A stretch of DNA of 64,000 nucleotides, from the NCBI GenBank assembly GCA_963746465.1, contig CAVVAY010000004.1, positions 43,382-107,381 of the forward strand, in the 5' to 3' direction. The stretch is from an uncultured Actinomycetota bacterium (GTDB taxonomy: Bacteria; Actinomycetota; Actinomycetes; JACCUZ01). The position numbers were made by a program, and so were the translations under genes. Positions 21,312-31,506 of this stretch are shown piece by piece (the first letter of the stretch is position 1; each line of letters begins with the position of its first letter). The notes under the pieces are model-generated. The model was not told the DNA's origin, made no database searches, and saw only the letters and a list, made by a program, of their open reading frames with translations.

Positions 21312-21986
21312 ATGACCCGAGTGCTCCTGGCCGAAGACGACCAGGCGATCTCCGAACCGCTCGCGCGCGCGCTGCGCCGCGAGGGTTACGAGGTCGAGGT
21401 CTGCGAGGACGGCCCGGGTGCGCTCGAGTCGGCGACCGGCGGCGTGCCGGTCGACCTGGTGGTGCTCGACATCGGGCTGCCGGGCATGGACGGCCTCGAG
21501 GTCTGCCGGCGGCTGCGCGGGGAGGGCAGCGGGGTCCCGGTGCTGGTGCTGACCGCCCGCACCGACGAGGTCGACACCGTCGTGGGCCTGGACGCCGGGG
21601 CCGACGACTACGTGACCAAGCCGTTCCGGCTGGCCGAGCTGCTGGCCCGGGTCCGCGCGCTGCTGCGCCGCGGCGGCATCGAGGTCACGCAGGGCGTGCA
21701 CGGGGTGCGGATCGACGTCGAGTCCCACCGCGCCTGGATCGACGAGCGCGAGCTGTCGCTGACCGCCAAGGAGTTCGACCTCCTGCGGGTGCTGCTGCGC
21801 GAGAACGGGAAGGTCGTGACCCGCGAGCAGCTGATGCGCGAGGTGTGGGACACGGCGTGGTGGGGGTCGACGAAGACGCTGGACATGCACGTCTCCTGGC
21901 TTCGCAAGAAGCTCGGCGACGACGCCGCCAACCCCCGCTTCATCACCACGGTGAGAGGTGTGGGGTTCCGCTTCGAGCGCGAGTGA
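21312..21986 (+). CDS. OmpR/PhoB-family response regulator
   Basis: MTRVLLAEDDQ.., receiver motif LVVLDIGLPGMDG and a winged-helix C-terminus ..ITTVRGVGFRFE. Confidence 0.92.
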   Translation: MTRVLLAEDDQAISEPLARALRREGYEVEVCEDGPGALESATGGVPVDLVVLDIGLPGMDGLEVCRRLRGEGSGVPVLVLTARTDEVDTVVGLDAGADDYVTKPFRLAELLARVRALLRRGGIEVTQGVHGVRIDVESHRAWIDERELSLTAKEFDLLRVLLRENGKVVTREQLMREVWDTAWWGSTKTLDMHVSWLRKKLGDDAANPRFITTVRGVGFRFERE

Positions 21987-22014
21987 CCGGGCCGCGCGTG
22001 GTGGAGGTCCGGCC

Positions 22015-22998
22015 ATGAGGACCCGGGTCCTGGCATCGACCTTGGCGGTCGCCGTGGTCGCGATCGTCCTGGTCGGCACGCCGCTCGCAGTCCTGGCGCT
22101 GACCAGCGACGCGCCCGACACCAGCACCGTGGTCATCCTCGGGTTGGCGGGCTCGGTGCTCGCCCTGGCCGCGGCCACCGGGATGGGTGTGCTGCAGGCG
22201 AAGGTGCTGCGCGCCCCGCTGGCCGGTCTGCAGCGGCGGGCCGAGACGCTCGGGTCGGGCCAGAAGCGTGAGCAGCTGCGATCTTCCGGCATCGCCGAGG
22301 TCGACCGGGTGGCCGAGCTCCTCGAGCGCAGCGCCGACCGGGTCGACCGGCTGATCGCGGCCGAGCGGCAGTTCGCCAGCGACGCCTCGCACCAGCTGCG
22401 CACCCCGCTCACGGCGCTCTCGATGCGGCTCGAGGAGATCCTGCAGGCCGAGGACCAGCAGACCGTGCGGGAGGAGGCCGGCAGCGCGCTGGCCCAGGTC
22501 GAGCGGCTGGCCACGGTCGTCGAGCACCTGCTGGAGAACGTCCGGGACAACAACCTGCGGGCCGGGCCGGTGCCGCTGGACGACGTGGTGCTCCAGCAGG
22601 TCGTGGAGTGGGAGCCGGCGTTCGCGGCCCGGCAGCGCATCGTCAAGGCGACCGGCACCCGCGGCCTGGTGGCCCTGGCCACGCCGAACGGGCTGTCGCA
22701 GGTGCTGGCGACCCTGCTGGAGAACAGCCTGATCCACGGCGACGGGATGGTCACCGTCTCGACCCGGTCGACCGGCATCTCGCTGGTCGTCGAGGTGACC
22801 GACGAAGGCGCGGGGGTGCCGGCCGAGCTGGGTGCGCGGATCTTCGAGCGGTCGGTCAGCGGGCGAAAGGGCACCGGGCTCGGCCTCGCGGTGGCCCGGG
22901 AGCTGGCCGAGGCCGACGGCGGCCGGCTCGAGCTGGTCCAGCAGAAGCCGGCGATGTTCGCGCTGTTCCTCAGTGCGGCGGGGGCCGGTCCGCGCTGA
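22015..22998 (+). CDS. sensor histidine kinase
   Basis: Two N-terminal hydrophobic helices, H-box FASDASHQLRTPLTAL and an ATPase G-box GTGLGLAVAREL. It lies directly downstream of the response regulator. Confidence 0.9.
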   Translation: MRTRVLASTLAVAVVAIVLVGTPLAVLALTSDAPDTSTVVILGLAGSVLALAAATGMGVLQAKVLRAPLAGLQRRAETLGSGQKREQLRSSGIAEVDRVAELLERSADRVDRLIAAERQFASDASHQLRTPLTALSMRLEEILQAEDQQTVREEAGSALAQVERLATVVEHLLENVRDNNLRAGPVPLDDVVLQQVVEWEPAFAARQRIVKATGTRGLVALATPNGLSQVLATLLENSLIHGDGMVTVSTRSTGISLVVEVTDEGAGVPAELGARIFERSVSGRKGTGLGLAVARELAEADGGRLELVQQKPAMFALFLSAAGAGPR

Positions 22999-23443
22999 CC
23001 GTCTCGGCGTCCTTGACAGCTGGGAAGACCCAGCGGCGGTAGGACCAGAACCGGAACGCCGCGCCCAGCCCGAGGCCGATCACGTTGGCGGCGATGTTGT
23101 CGGCCAGCGTGCTGGTGAAGTCCAGGGCGTAGTGCGAGATCGCCAGGCAGGCCAGCGCGATCAGCAGGCCCACCCCGTTCAGCAGGAAGAACAGCCCGTA
23201 CTCACGGGCCAGGCCGGATCGGCTCCGCCGGCGGAACGTCCAGGTCCGGTTGCCGGCGTACGCGACCGTGGTCGCTGCCAGGGTGGAGATCGTCTTCGAC
23301 GTCAGCGGCTTGTCGGTGGCGTGCAGGAGCAGGTTGAAGACACCGATGTCGACCAGGAACGCGACCCCGCCGACCACGCCGAACTTCATCAGCTCGCGGA
23401 CCAGGTGGCCCAGCCGGTAGTACGCGGCGAGCAGCGCCCTCAC
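22970..23443 (-). CDS. GtrA-family membrane protein
   Basis: 157 aa with four hydrophobic helices and the motifs FGVVGGVAFLVD and ..FRFWSYRRWVF. Its 3' end overlaps the kinase 3' end by 29 nt (convergent). Confidence 0.85.
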   Translation of the reverse strand: MRALLAAYYRLGHLVRELMKFGVVGGVAFLVDIGVFNLLLHATDKPLTSKTISTLAATTVAYAGNRTWTFRRRSRSGLAREYGLFFLLNGVGLLIALACLAISHYALDFTSTLADNIAANVIGLGLGAAFRFWSYRRWVFPAVKDAETVSADRPPPH

Positions 23444-23587
23444 GGGCAGGTCAGCGGAGCAGCGGTCACGCCGCGGAGCCTAACGGCCGGGCCCGCGCAG
23501 GGCCGCGGACGTGGCACCATGTCCGGCGTACGACGTGACAGGCGGGCGCGGACGCGCAGCCTTGATGACACACCGTCAGGAGACCCC

Positions 23588-24745
23588 GTGAGCGCCACCC
23601 ACCTCAGCGACGAGCTCGAGTCGCTGCGCAAGACCGTCGAGGAGTTCGCCCAGGAGGTCGTGGCCCCGACCATCGCCGACCTCTACGAGCGCAACGAGTT
23701 CCCCTACGACATCGTGCGCCAGATGGGTGAGATGGGGCTCTTCGGCCTGCCCTTCCCGGAGGAGTACGGCGGCATGGGCGGCGACTACTTCGCGCTCTGC
23801 GTCGCCCTCGAGGAGCTGGCCCGGGTGGACTCGTCGGTGGCGATCACCCTGGAGGCCGGGGTGTCGCTCGGTGCGATGCCGGTCTTCCGGTTCGGCACCG
23901 AGGAGCAGAAGCGCGAGTGGCTGCCGCGGCTGTGCTCGGGCTCGATGATCGGTGCGTTCGGGCTCACCGAGCCGGGCGCCGGGTCGGACGCCGGCGGCAC
24001 GACGACCACGGCCAAGCTGTCCGCCGACGGCAGCGAGTGGGTGATCAACGGCACCAAGGCCTTCATCACCAACTCGGGCACCGACGTCACCGGGCTGGTC
24101 ACGGTCACGGCCGTCACCGGGACGACCGAGACCGGCAAGAAGGAGATCTCCGCGATCATCGTGCCCTCGGGGACGCCGGGGTTCACCGTCTCGAAGAAGT
24201 ACTCCAAGGTCGGCTGGAACGCCTCGGACACCCGTGAGCTGTCGTTCGCCGACTGCCGGGTGCCCGCCGCGAACCTGCTCGGCGAGCAGGGCCGGGGCTA
24301 CGCGCAGTTCCTGTCGATCCTGGACGAGGGGCGGATCGCGATCGCCGCGCTGGGCGTCGGGCTGGCGCAGGGCTGCGTCGACGAGTCGGTGAAGTACGCC
24401 AAGCAGCGGCACGCGTTCGGCCGGCCGATCGGCTCCAACCAGGCGATCCAGTTCAAGGTCGCCGACATGGAGGTGCGGGCGCACACCGCGCGGCTCGCGT
24501 ACTACGACGCCGCCGCCCGGATGCTGCGCGGCGAGCCGTTCAAGAAGCAGGCGGCCATCGCCAAGCTGTACTCCTCGGAGATCGCCGTCACCAACGCCCG
24601 TGAGGCGACCCAGGTGCACGGCGGCTACGGGTTCATGAACGAGTTCCCGGTGGCCCGGATGTGGCGCGACTCGAAGATCCTGGAGATCGGCGAGGGCACC
24701 TCCGAGGTGCAGCGGATGCTGATCGCCCGCGAGCTCGGCCTGTAG
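23588..24745 (+). CDS. acyl-CoA dehydrogenase (FadE25/isovaleryl-CoA dehydrogenase-like)
   Basis: GTG 23588. Motifs GLTEPGAGSD, ..QVHGGYGFMNEFP.. and EIGEGTSEVQR are present. Same position relative to purE/purK as M. tuberculosis fadE25. Confidence 0.9.
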   Translation: MSATHLSDELESLRKTVEEFAQEVVAPTIADLYERNEFPYDIVRQMGEMGLFGLPFPEEYGGMGGDYFALCVALEELARVDSSVAITLEAGVSLGAMPVFRFGTEEQKREWLPRLCSGSMIGAFGLTEPGAGSDAGGTTTTAKLSADGSEWVINGTKAFITNSGTDVTGLVTVTAVTGTTETGKKEISAIIVPSGTPGFTVSKKYSKVGWNASDTRELSFADCRVPAANLLGEQGRGYAQFLSILDEGRIAIAALGVGLAQGCVDESVKYAKQRHAFGRPIGSNQAIQFKVADMEVRAHTARLAYYDAAARMLRGEPFKKQAAIAKLYSSEIAVTNAREATQVHGGYGFMNEFPVARMWRDSKILEIGEGTSEVQRMLIARELGL

Positions 24746-24756
24746 CCGCAGCAGAG

Positions 24757-24816
24757 CGCCGTGATCATGAAGGTTCCACCCCGCACTTGGGGGGACGAAG
24801 CCTCATGATCACGGCG
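24757..24816 (+). terminator. 60-nt hairpin (14-bp perfect arms cgccgtgatcatga/tcatgatcacggcg plus inner CCCC/GGGG stem) between fadE and purK
   Basis: The inverted repeat was read directly at 24757-24770 and 24803-24816. It starts 12 nt after the fadE stop. There is no clear U-tract. Confidence 0.5.
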
Positions 24817-24862
24817 TGAGGGCGGCAGGAGTGAGGGGAACGCGGTCGTTAGGGTTGCCGCC

Positions 24863-25993
24863 GTGGGGTTCCCGGTGGTGGGTGTCGTGGGCGGCGGACA
24901 GCTCGCCCGGATGATGGCGGCTCCCGCGATCGGGCTCGGCATCACGTTGCGGGTGCTGGCCCGCGACCCGCAGGACAGCGCCGCGCTGGTCGTCCCGGGC
25001 ACCGAGGTCGGCGACGAGGACGACCTCGAGGCCCTGCGCGCCTTCGCCGCCGGCTGCGACGTGCTGACCTTCGACCACGAGCACGTCCCCACCGAGCACC
25101 TGCGCACCCTCGCGGCCGAGGGCGTGGTGGTCCGCCCCGGCCCGGACGCCCTGGTGCACGCCCAGGACAAGGTCGTCATGCGCCGGCGGCTCACCGAGCT
25201 CGGCGTCCCCTGCCCGCGATGGGCGGTCGTGTCGTCGGTCGAGCAGCTCGCGACGTTCGCCGACGAGGTCGGCCGGCCGGTGGTCCTCAAGACCCCCCGG
25301 GGCGGGTACGACGGCAAGGGTGTCCGGCTGGTCGACGACCCGGCCGAGGCCGCGGACTGGTTCCTGGCGGGCGACCCGCTGCTCGCGGAGGAGCGGGTCG
25401 CGTTCACCCGGGAGCTCGCCGTGCTGGTGGCCCGCAGCCCGCACGGGCAGGCAGCGGTGTGGCCGGTCGTCGAGACCGTGCAGGTCGACGGCGTCTGCCG
25501 CGAGGTCATCGCCCCCGCCCCGGTCGAGGAGGACCACGCGCTCGCGGCCCAGCAGGCGGCGCTGCGCATCGCCGAGGGACTCGGGGTCACCGGCGTGATG
25601 GCGGTCGAGATGTTCGACACCCCGGCCGGTGTGCTCGTCAACGAGCTTGCGATGCGCCCGCACAACAGCGGCCACTGGACCATCGAGGGTGCACGCACCA
25701 GCCAGTTCGAGCAGCACCTTCGAGCCGTCCTGGACCTGCCGCTCGGGGACACCCGGATGACTGCGCCGCACGTGGTGATGGCCAACGTGCTCGGCGGCGA
25801 GATCGGAGACATGTACGACGGCTATCTGCACTGCTTCGCCCACGACCCCGGCGTGCGCATCCACATGTACGGGAAGCAGGTACGCCCAGGGCGAAAGGTG
25901 GGTCACGTGACGACGACGGGCGACGATGCTGACGACGTACGCGACCGCGCCACGCACGCTGCCGCCTTCCTCCGAGGAGACATCAATGAGTGA
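24863..25993 (+). CDS. purK: 5-(carboxyamino)imidazole ribonucleotide synthase
   Basis: 376 aa. [13 protein letters not shown], an ATP-grasp core and C-terminal [10 protein letters not shown]. Confidence 0.93.
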   Translation: MGFPVVGVVGGGQLARMMAAPAIGLGITLRVLARDPQDSAALVVPGTEVGDEDDLEALRAFAAGCDVLTFDHEHVPTEHLRTLAAEGVVVRPGPDALVHAQDKVVMRRRLTELGVPCPRWAVVSSVEQLATFADEVGRPVVLKTPRGGYDGKGVRLVDDPAEAADWFLAGDPLLAEERVAFTRELAVLVARSPHGQAAVWPVVETVQVDGVCREVIAPAPVEEDHALAAQQAALRIAEGLGVTGVMAVEMFDTPAGVLVNELAMRPHNSGHWTIEGARTSQFEQHLRAVLDLPLGDTRMTAPHVVMANVLGGEIGDMYDGYLHCFAHDPGVRIHMYGKQVRPGRKVGHVTTTGDDADDVRDRATHAAAFLRGDINE

Positions 25994-26513
25994 GAACGCA
26001 CCTGTCGTCGGCATCGTGATGGGCAGCGACTCGGACTGGCGGATCATGGAGGGCGCCGCGAAGGCGCTTGAGGAGTTCGACGTCGCGCACGAGGTCGATG
26101 TCGTCTCCGCGCACCGGATGCCGCGCGAGATGCTGACCTACGGCGAGCAGGCGGCGGGGCGCGGGCTGAAGGTCCTCGTCGCCGGCGCCGGGGGAGCGGC
26201 GCACCTGCCGGGCATGCTCGCCAGCGTCACCCCGCTGCCGGTCATCGGCGTACCCGTGCCGCTTGAGCACCTCGACGGCATGGACTCCCTGCTGTCCATC
26301 GTGCAGATGCCGGCCGGCGTACCAGTGGCCACGGTGTCGGTCGGTGGGGCGCGCAACGCCGGGTTGCTGGCGGTGCGCATCCTGGCGGCGTCCGACCCGG
26401 GGCTGCAGGAGCGGATGGTCGCCTTCCAGGAGGACCTGGCGAAGACCGCGCGGGCCAAGGGTGACGCCCTGCGCCGGCACCGCACCGGCTCCGGTGTGGG
26501 CTTCGGAGTCTGA
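25986..26513 (+). CDS. purE: 5-(carboxyamino)imidazole ribonucleotide mutase
   Basis: ATG 25986 overlaps the purK stop (ATGAGTGA). Motifs [11 protein letters not shown] and [10 protein letters not shown] are present. Confidence 0.93.
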   Translation: MSENAPVVGIVMGSDSDWRIMEGAAKALEEFDVAHEVDVVSAHRMPREMLTYGEQAAGRGLKVLVAGAGGAAHLPGMLASVTPLPVIGVPVPLEHLDGMDSLLSIVQMPAGVPVATVSVGGARNAGLLAVRILAASDPGLQERMVAFQEDLAKTARAKGDALRRHRTGSGVGFGV

Positions 26514-26514
26514 G

Positions 26515-26907
26515 CTAGCGGCCCCACTCGATGGCCGGGCAGCGGTCCATCACCATCAGCAGGCCCGCAGCCCGCACCCGCTCGGCGGCGAGCTCGTCGA
26601 TCACGCCGAGCTGGAACCACACGGCCTTCGCACCGATCGCCACGGCCTGGTCGGCGATGTCACCGGCCAGCGCGGAGTTCACGAAGACGTCGACCACGTC
26701 GACCGGGTGCGGGATGTCCGCCAGAGCGGCGTAGGCGGTCTCGCCGAAGACGTCCTGCGGCTGGCGGTGCACCGGCACGACCCGCTTGCCCTGCTGCTGC
26801 AGGAAGCGGGCGACGCCGTACGCCGCCCGGGCCGGGTTCTCGCGCAGCCCGACGACCGCCCAGGTCTGCAGCGCCAGGACCTCCCGGACGGTGGTCTGCT
26901 CGGTCAC
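26515..26907 (-). CDS. CoA-binding domain protein (YccU-like)
   Basis: 130 aa starting at GTG 26907, with WAVVGLRENPARAAYGV..VVPVH..VDVVDVF. The start overlaps the stop of the upstream udg remnant (GTGA). Confidence 0.8.
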   Translation of the reverse strand: MTEQTTVREVLALQTWAVVGLRENPARAAYGVARFLQQQGKRVVPVHRQPQDVFGETAYAALADIPHPVDVVDVFVNSALAGDIADQAVAIGAKAVWFQLGVIDELAAERVRAAGLLMVMDRCPAIEWGR

Positions 26908-28221
26908 GGCCGGCCGAGCGACCCGTAGGTCCAGCCGGCCTCGCGCCAGCGAGCCGGGTCGAGGGCGTTGCGGGCGTCGATGATCTTCCGCTGGGCGACG
27001 ACGGCGGACAGGACAGCGGGATCCATCTCCCGGAACTCCTGCCACTCGGTGAGGTGCAGCACCAGGTCGGCGTCCCGGCAGGCCTCGACGGCGGAGTCGG
27101 CGTAGCCCAGCGTCGGGAACAGCGCCTTGGCGTTGGCGTTGCCCCGCGGGTCGTAGACGGTGACCTGGGCGCCCTGCAGCTGGATCTGGCCCGCCACGTT
27201 GAGCGCGGGGGAGTCCCGGACGTCGTCGCTGTTGGGCTTGAAGCTCGCGCCGAGCACGCCCACGCGGATGCCCAGGAAGTTGCCGCCGACATCGTGCGGG
27301 CCCGCTCGACGACGTGTGCCGCGCCGACGCATGTTGATCGCGTCGACCTCCTTGAGGAAGCTCAGAGCCTGGTCGACGCCGAGCTCGCCTGCCCTGAGCC
27401 ATGAACGCTCGGATATCCTTGGGAAGGCAGCCGCCGCCGAAACCGAGGCCGGCATTGAGGAATTTTCGGCCGATGCGCGCGTCATGGCCGATGGCGTCGG
27501 CAAGCTGGGTGACGTCGGCGCCAGTTGCCTCGCAGAGCTCTGCCATCGCGTTGATGAACGAGATCTTGGTGGCGAGAAAGGCATTGGCCGAAACCTTCAC
27601 CAGCTCGGCGGTGGCGAAGTCGGTGACGATGAATGGTGTGCCCTCGTCGATGGCATGTGCGTAGACCTCGCGCAGCAGCTTCTCGGCGCGCTCGTGAAGT
27701 GGTGCCGACGACCAGCCGATCGGGGCGGATCGTGTCCTGGACGGCGAAGCCCTCGCGGAGGAACTCGGGATTCCAGGCGAGTTCGGCGGCCTCCCCTGCG
27801 GGGGCGAGCTCGGCGACTCGCTGCTGCAAGCGCGCCGCAGTGCCGACCGGGACGGTGGACTTCCCCACGACCAAGGTCGGCGCGGACGAGGTGAGGTGCG
27901 AGGCCGTCGACCACCCCGTCGACGTAGCGCATGTCCGCCGCGTACTCGCCCTTCGCTGTGGGGTGCCGACGCAGAGGAAGTGCACGTCGGCGGTGGCTAC
28001 CTCGGCGTACGACGTAGTGAACCGCAGGCGGCTACTCTCGAGGTTCTTGCGCAGCAACGGCTCGAGCTCCGGCTCGTAGAACGGCACGCGCCCGTCGGCC
28101 AGCGCCGCGATCTTCTCCTCGACACGTCCATGCCGACGACGTCGAAGCCGAGCTCTGCCATGCAAACGGCATGGGTTGCTCCGAGGTACCCGGTGCCGAG
28201 GACGCTGATGCGCAAGGTCAT
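26904..28221 (-). pseudogene. udg: UDP-glucose 6-dehydrogenase broken into at least 5 frame segments
   Basis: Segments in alternating frames are MTLRISVLGTGYLGATHAVCMAELGFDVVGMDV; EEKIAALADGRVPFYEPELEPLL..VHFLCVGTPQ; MRYVDGVVDGLAPHL; PTLVVGKSTVPVGT..AWNPEFLREG; HERAEKLLREVYA..VKVSANAFLATKISFINAMAELCE..GFGGGCLPKDIRAF; and LSFLKEVDAINMRRR..VLGASFKPNSDDVRDSPAL.. Confidence 0.85.
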
Positions 28222-28283
28222 GTGGAGAAGGTTATCGAGTGCCCGCTGCCCGGTCGGGCATAACGTCGCCGTACCCTCGGAAC

Positions 28284-29435
28284 GTGAGCGACTTCGACCT
28301 GTTCAAGCTGTCCGACGAGCACGAGATGCTCCGGGAGGCGGTCCGCGCCGTCTGCGACGACAAGATCGCGCCGCGTGCCGCGGAGGTCGACGAGAAGGCC
28401 GAGTTCCCGCAGGACTCCTACGACGCGCTGCGCAAGGCCGACTTCCACGCGGTGCACATCCCGGAGGAGTACGGCGGTGCCGGGGCGGACGCGCTGGCCA
28501 CCTGCATCGTGATCGAGGAGGTGGCCCGGGCCTGCGCCTCGACCTCGCTGATCCCGGCCGTGAACAAGCTGGGCACGATGCCGCTGCTGCTCTCGGCGTC
28601 CGAGGACCTGCTCAAGCGCTACCTGCCGGCGGTCGCCGCGGGGGACGCGATGTTCTCCTACGCGCTGAGCGAGCCGGAGGCCGGCAGCGACGCCGTCGCC
28701 ATGAAGACCACGGCCGTCCGGGACGGCGACGGGTACGTGCTCAACGGTGCCAAGCGCTGGATCACCAACGCGGGCGTGTCGGAGTACTACACGGTGATGG
28801 CGGTGACCGACCCCGAAGCGGGGGCGAACGGCATCTCCGCGTTCGTGGTCGAGAAGTCCGACGGGGGGTTCAGCTTCGGGGCGCCGGAGAAGAAGCTCGG
28901 CATCAAGGGCTCACCGACCCGCGAGCTGTACTTCGACGACTGCCGGATCCCGGCCGACCGGCTGGTCGGCGCGGAGGGCACCGGCTTCAAGACCGCTCTG
29001 CGCACGCTGGACCACACCCGGGTCACGATCGCTGCGCAGGCCGTCGGCATCGCGTCCGGAGCCCTCGCCTACGCGACGGCCTACGCCAAGGAGCGCAAGC
29101 AGTTCGGCAAGGCCATCGCCGAGTTCCAGGGCATGCAGTTCATGCTCGCGGACATGGCGATGAAGGTCGAGACGGCCCGGCAGATGACCTACGTCGCGGC
29201 CGCCAAGTCCGAGCGCGGCGACAGGGACCTCACGTTCTTCGGTGCCGCCGCGAAGTGCTACGCCTCCGACATCGCGATGGAGGTCACCACCGACGCGGTG
29301 CAGGTCCTCGGCGGCTACGGCTACGTCAAGGACTACCCGGTCGAGCGGATGATGCGGGACGCGAAGATCACCCAGATCTACGAGGGCACCAACCAGGTGC
29401 AGCGCCTGGTGATGGCACGACAGCTGCTGAAGTAG
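28284..29435 (+). CDS. acyl-CoA dehydrogenase
   Basis: GTG 28284 (VSDFDLFKLSDEHEML..). Motifs ALSEPEAGSD and QIYEGTNQVQR are present. Confidence 0.9.
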   Translation: MSDFDLFKLSDEHEMLREAVRAVCDDKIAPRAAEVDEKAEFPQDSYDALRKADFHAVHIPEEYGGAGADALATCIVIEEVARACASTSLIPAVNKLGTMPLLLSASEDLLKRYLPAVAAGDAMFSYALSEPEAGSDAVAMKTTAVRDGDGYVLNGAKRWITNAGVSEYYTVMAVTDPEAGANGISAFVVEKSDGGFSFGAPEKKLGIKGSPTRELYFDDCRIPADRLVGAEGTGFKTALRTLDHTRVTIAAQAVGIASGALAYATAYAKERKQFGKAIAEFQGMQFMLADMAMKVETARQMTYVAAAKSERGDRDLTFFGAAAKCYASDIAMEVTTDAVQVLGGYGYVKDYPVERMMRDAKITQIYEGTNQVQRLVMARQLLK

Positions 29436-29458
29436 CTCGGATGCCGCCCCGCGGCGCG

Positions 29459-30028
29459 TCAGGTCAGCTCGGGCAGCACGGCGGCGCAGAACTCGTCGTC
29501 GGTGAACGACGGACCGTTCTCGGCGAGCACCTGGAACGTGTCGGGTACCGGCACGGCTCCGGGCTGGGAGTCACCGAGGGTGTCGAACTGCTCGCTCGCC
29601 TTGAAGACGCCGCTAGCGCGCAGCAGCAGGCGCCCCGTCGAGTCGTAGACCCGGAAGGTTCCCGCGTCGATGGACTGGAACTCCCAGATGTTGCCGGTGA
29701 TGTGAGTGGCCTTCTGCTCGTGGAAGGAGCCGTTGCCATGGGTGCGGATCCAGCCGTCCTCGGTAGAGATGATCTCGGTGAACTCGTAGTTGTCGAAGCC
29801 GAGGAAGGCCTGGCCGTCAGACCCCTTGACGGGCATGACCTTGGAGACCCCGCTGAAGGCGACCTCGACGTGCACTGGGATGCCGCAGAAGTCGGGCTCG
29901 TCATAGGAGTCCGTGCCGGCGTAGTGGGCGGCCTTGGCGACAGGCTTGCCGGCGTGGGCGGCCACCGGAGTCGCGAGCACGAGGGCCCCGGAGGCGAGAA
30001 CGGCGACGATGCGCGCGGTGCGGTTCAT
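29459..30028 (-). CDS. secreted protein of unknown function
   Basis: ATG 30028 with a signal peptide (MNRTARIVAVLASGALVLATPVAAHA). I recognise no motif. Confidence 0.6.
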   Translation of the reverse strand: MNRTARIVAVLASGALVLATPVAAHAGKPVAKAAHYAGTDSYDEPDFCGIPVHVEVAFSGVSKVMPVKGSDGQAFLGFDNYEFTEIISTEDGWIRTHGNGSFHEQKATHITGNIWEFQSIDAGTFRVYDSTGRLLLRASGVFKASEQFDTLGDSQPGAVPVPDTFQVLAENGPSFTDDEFCAAVLPELT

Positions 30029-30207
30029 CTGTACCCCCATGCAGGTGGCTGTGCAGGCCCCGGGACGTGTCCACGTTGCTCCTGCCGGGCGGGCGTCGCC
30101 ATGGCCACTACGGGCCATTTTTCGCCGCCGGTCCGCCCCAAGGAAGGACCGGACCCGGGAGGCTGTTGCAGTCGAGGGTCCGGTCCCCTGGCAGATGAGG
30201 TGATGCG

Positions 30208-31506
30208 ATGGCAGCGGCGATGGGCAGCGAGTCTGCCAAGGTCCAGCGCACCTACCTGACGCTGACGCTGTTCACCACGCTCTCGGCCTCGCTGATCTGG
30301 GGCATCAACACGCTGTTCCTGCTGGACGCCGGTCTGAACAACCTCGAGGCCTTCGCGGCCAACGCGTTCTTCACCGCCGGGATGATGCTGTTCGAGGTGC
30401 CCACCGGCGTGGTGGCCGACCTGCGCGGTCGTCGGTTCTCGTTCCTGCTCGGGTCGGTGACGCTGACCGCGTCGACGCTGGCCTACGTGCTGATGTGGCA
30501 GGTGAACGCGCCGTTCTGGGCGTGGGCGGCCGTGTCGGTGATGATCGGGCTCGGGTTCACCTTCTTCTCGGGGGCCGTCGAGGCCTGGCTGGTCGACGCG
30601 CTGCGTTTCACCGGGTACGACGGCCCGCTGGACCCGGTCTTCGCCAGGGGGCAGGCCGTGCAGGGCGGGGCCATGCTCACCGGCTCGGTGCTGGGTGGCG
30701 TCATCGCCCAGGCCACCAGCCTCGGCGTCCCGTTCGTGGTGCGCAGCGCGCTGCTCGGCGTGACCTTCGTGCTCGCCTTCGGAACGATGCACGACCTCGG
30801 CTTCACGCCCACGCGCGGCAAGCGACCCGGCCCTGAGGTGAAGCGGATCTTCAACGACTCGCTGCGGTACGGGCTCGGCCGCCCCTCGGTCCGGTGGGTG
30901 ATGCTCACGTCGCCGTTCGTCGGCGGTGTCAGCATCTACGCGTTCTACGCGATGCAGCCGTACCTTCTGGAGCTCTACGGGGACGAAGGGGCGTACGGGA
31001 TCGCCGGGCTGGCCGCAGCCATCGTCGCGGGTGCCCAGATCGTCGGTGGCTTGTCCGCACCACGGCTGCGCAGGCTGTTCCGTCGGCGTACCTCGTTGAT
31101 GATCACCTCGGCGACGGTCAGCGTCCTCGCACTGCTGCTCGTCAGCCTGATTGCGGTGTTCTGGGTGGTGGTCGGGCTGCTGGTCGTGTGGAGCCTCGCC
31201 TTCGCTGTCACGATGCCGGTGCGCCAGGCGTACCTCAACGACCAGATCCCGTCGCAGCAGCGGGCCACCGTGCTGTCGTTCGACTCGCTGCTCAGCTCGT
31301 CCGGCGGCGTGGTCGTGCAGCCTGCTTTCGGCCGGGTGGCCGACGTCGGCAGCTACGCGCTCACGTTCGGGCTCAGCGCCGCCGTGCAGGCCTGTGCGAT
31401 CCCGTTCCTCGTGCTGGCCCGGCGTACCGGCGTGACTGCAGACATCGTGGTCGGGCCGGCGGACGGGCTGCCGGTGCCGGCCTCGGCCGAGGAGGACACC
31501 GCATGA
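30208..31506 (+). CDS. MFS transporter
   Basis: 432 aa with about 12 hydrophobic segments and a DLRGRR loop after TM2. Confidence 0.85.
   Translation: MAAAMGSESAKVQRTYLTLTLFTTLSASLIWGINTLFLLDAGLNNLEAFAANAFFTAGMMLFEVPTGVVADLRGRRFSFLLGSVTLTASTLAYVLMWQVNAPFWAWAAVSVMIGLGFTFFSGAVEAWLVDALRFTGYDGPLDPVFARGQAVQGGAMLTGSVLGGVIAQATSLGVPFVVRSALLGVTFVLAFGTMHDLGFTPTRGKRPGPEVKRIFNDSLRYGLGRPSVRWVMLTSPFVGGVSIYAFYAMQPYLLELYGDEGAYGIAGLAAAIVAGAQIVGGLSAPRLRRLFRRRTSLMITSATVSVLALLLVSLIAVFWVVVGLLVVWSLAFAVTMPVRQAYLNDQIPSQQRATVLSFDSLLSSSGGVVVQPAFGRVADVGSYALTFGLSAAVQACAIPFLVLARRTGVTADIVVGPADGLPVPASAEEDTA

Noticed and set aside
24746-24862. Purine or ZTP-type riboswitch upstream of purK.
   Set aside because: The hairpin has none of the conserved cores I know for purine, ZTP (pfl) or PRPP riboswitches. 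It is more simply a terminator or palindromic element after fadE.
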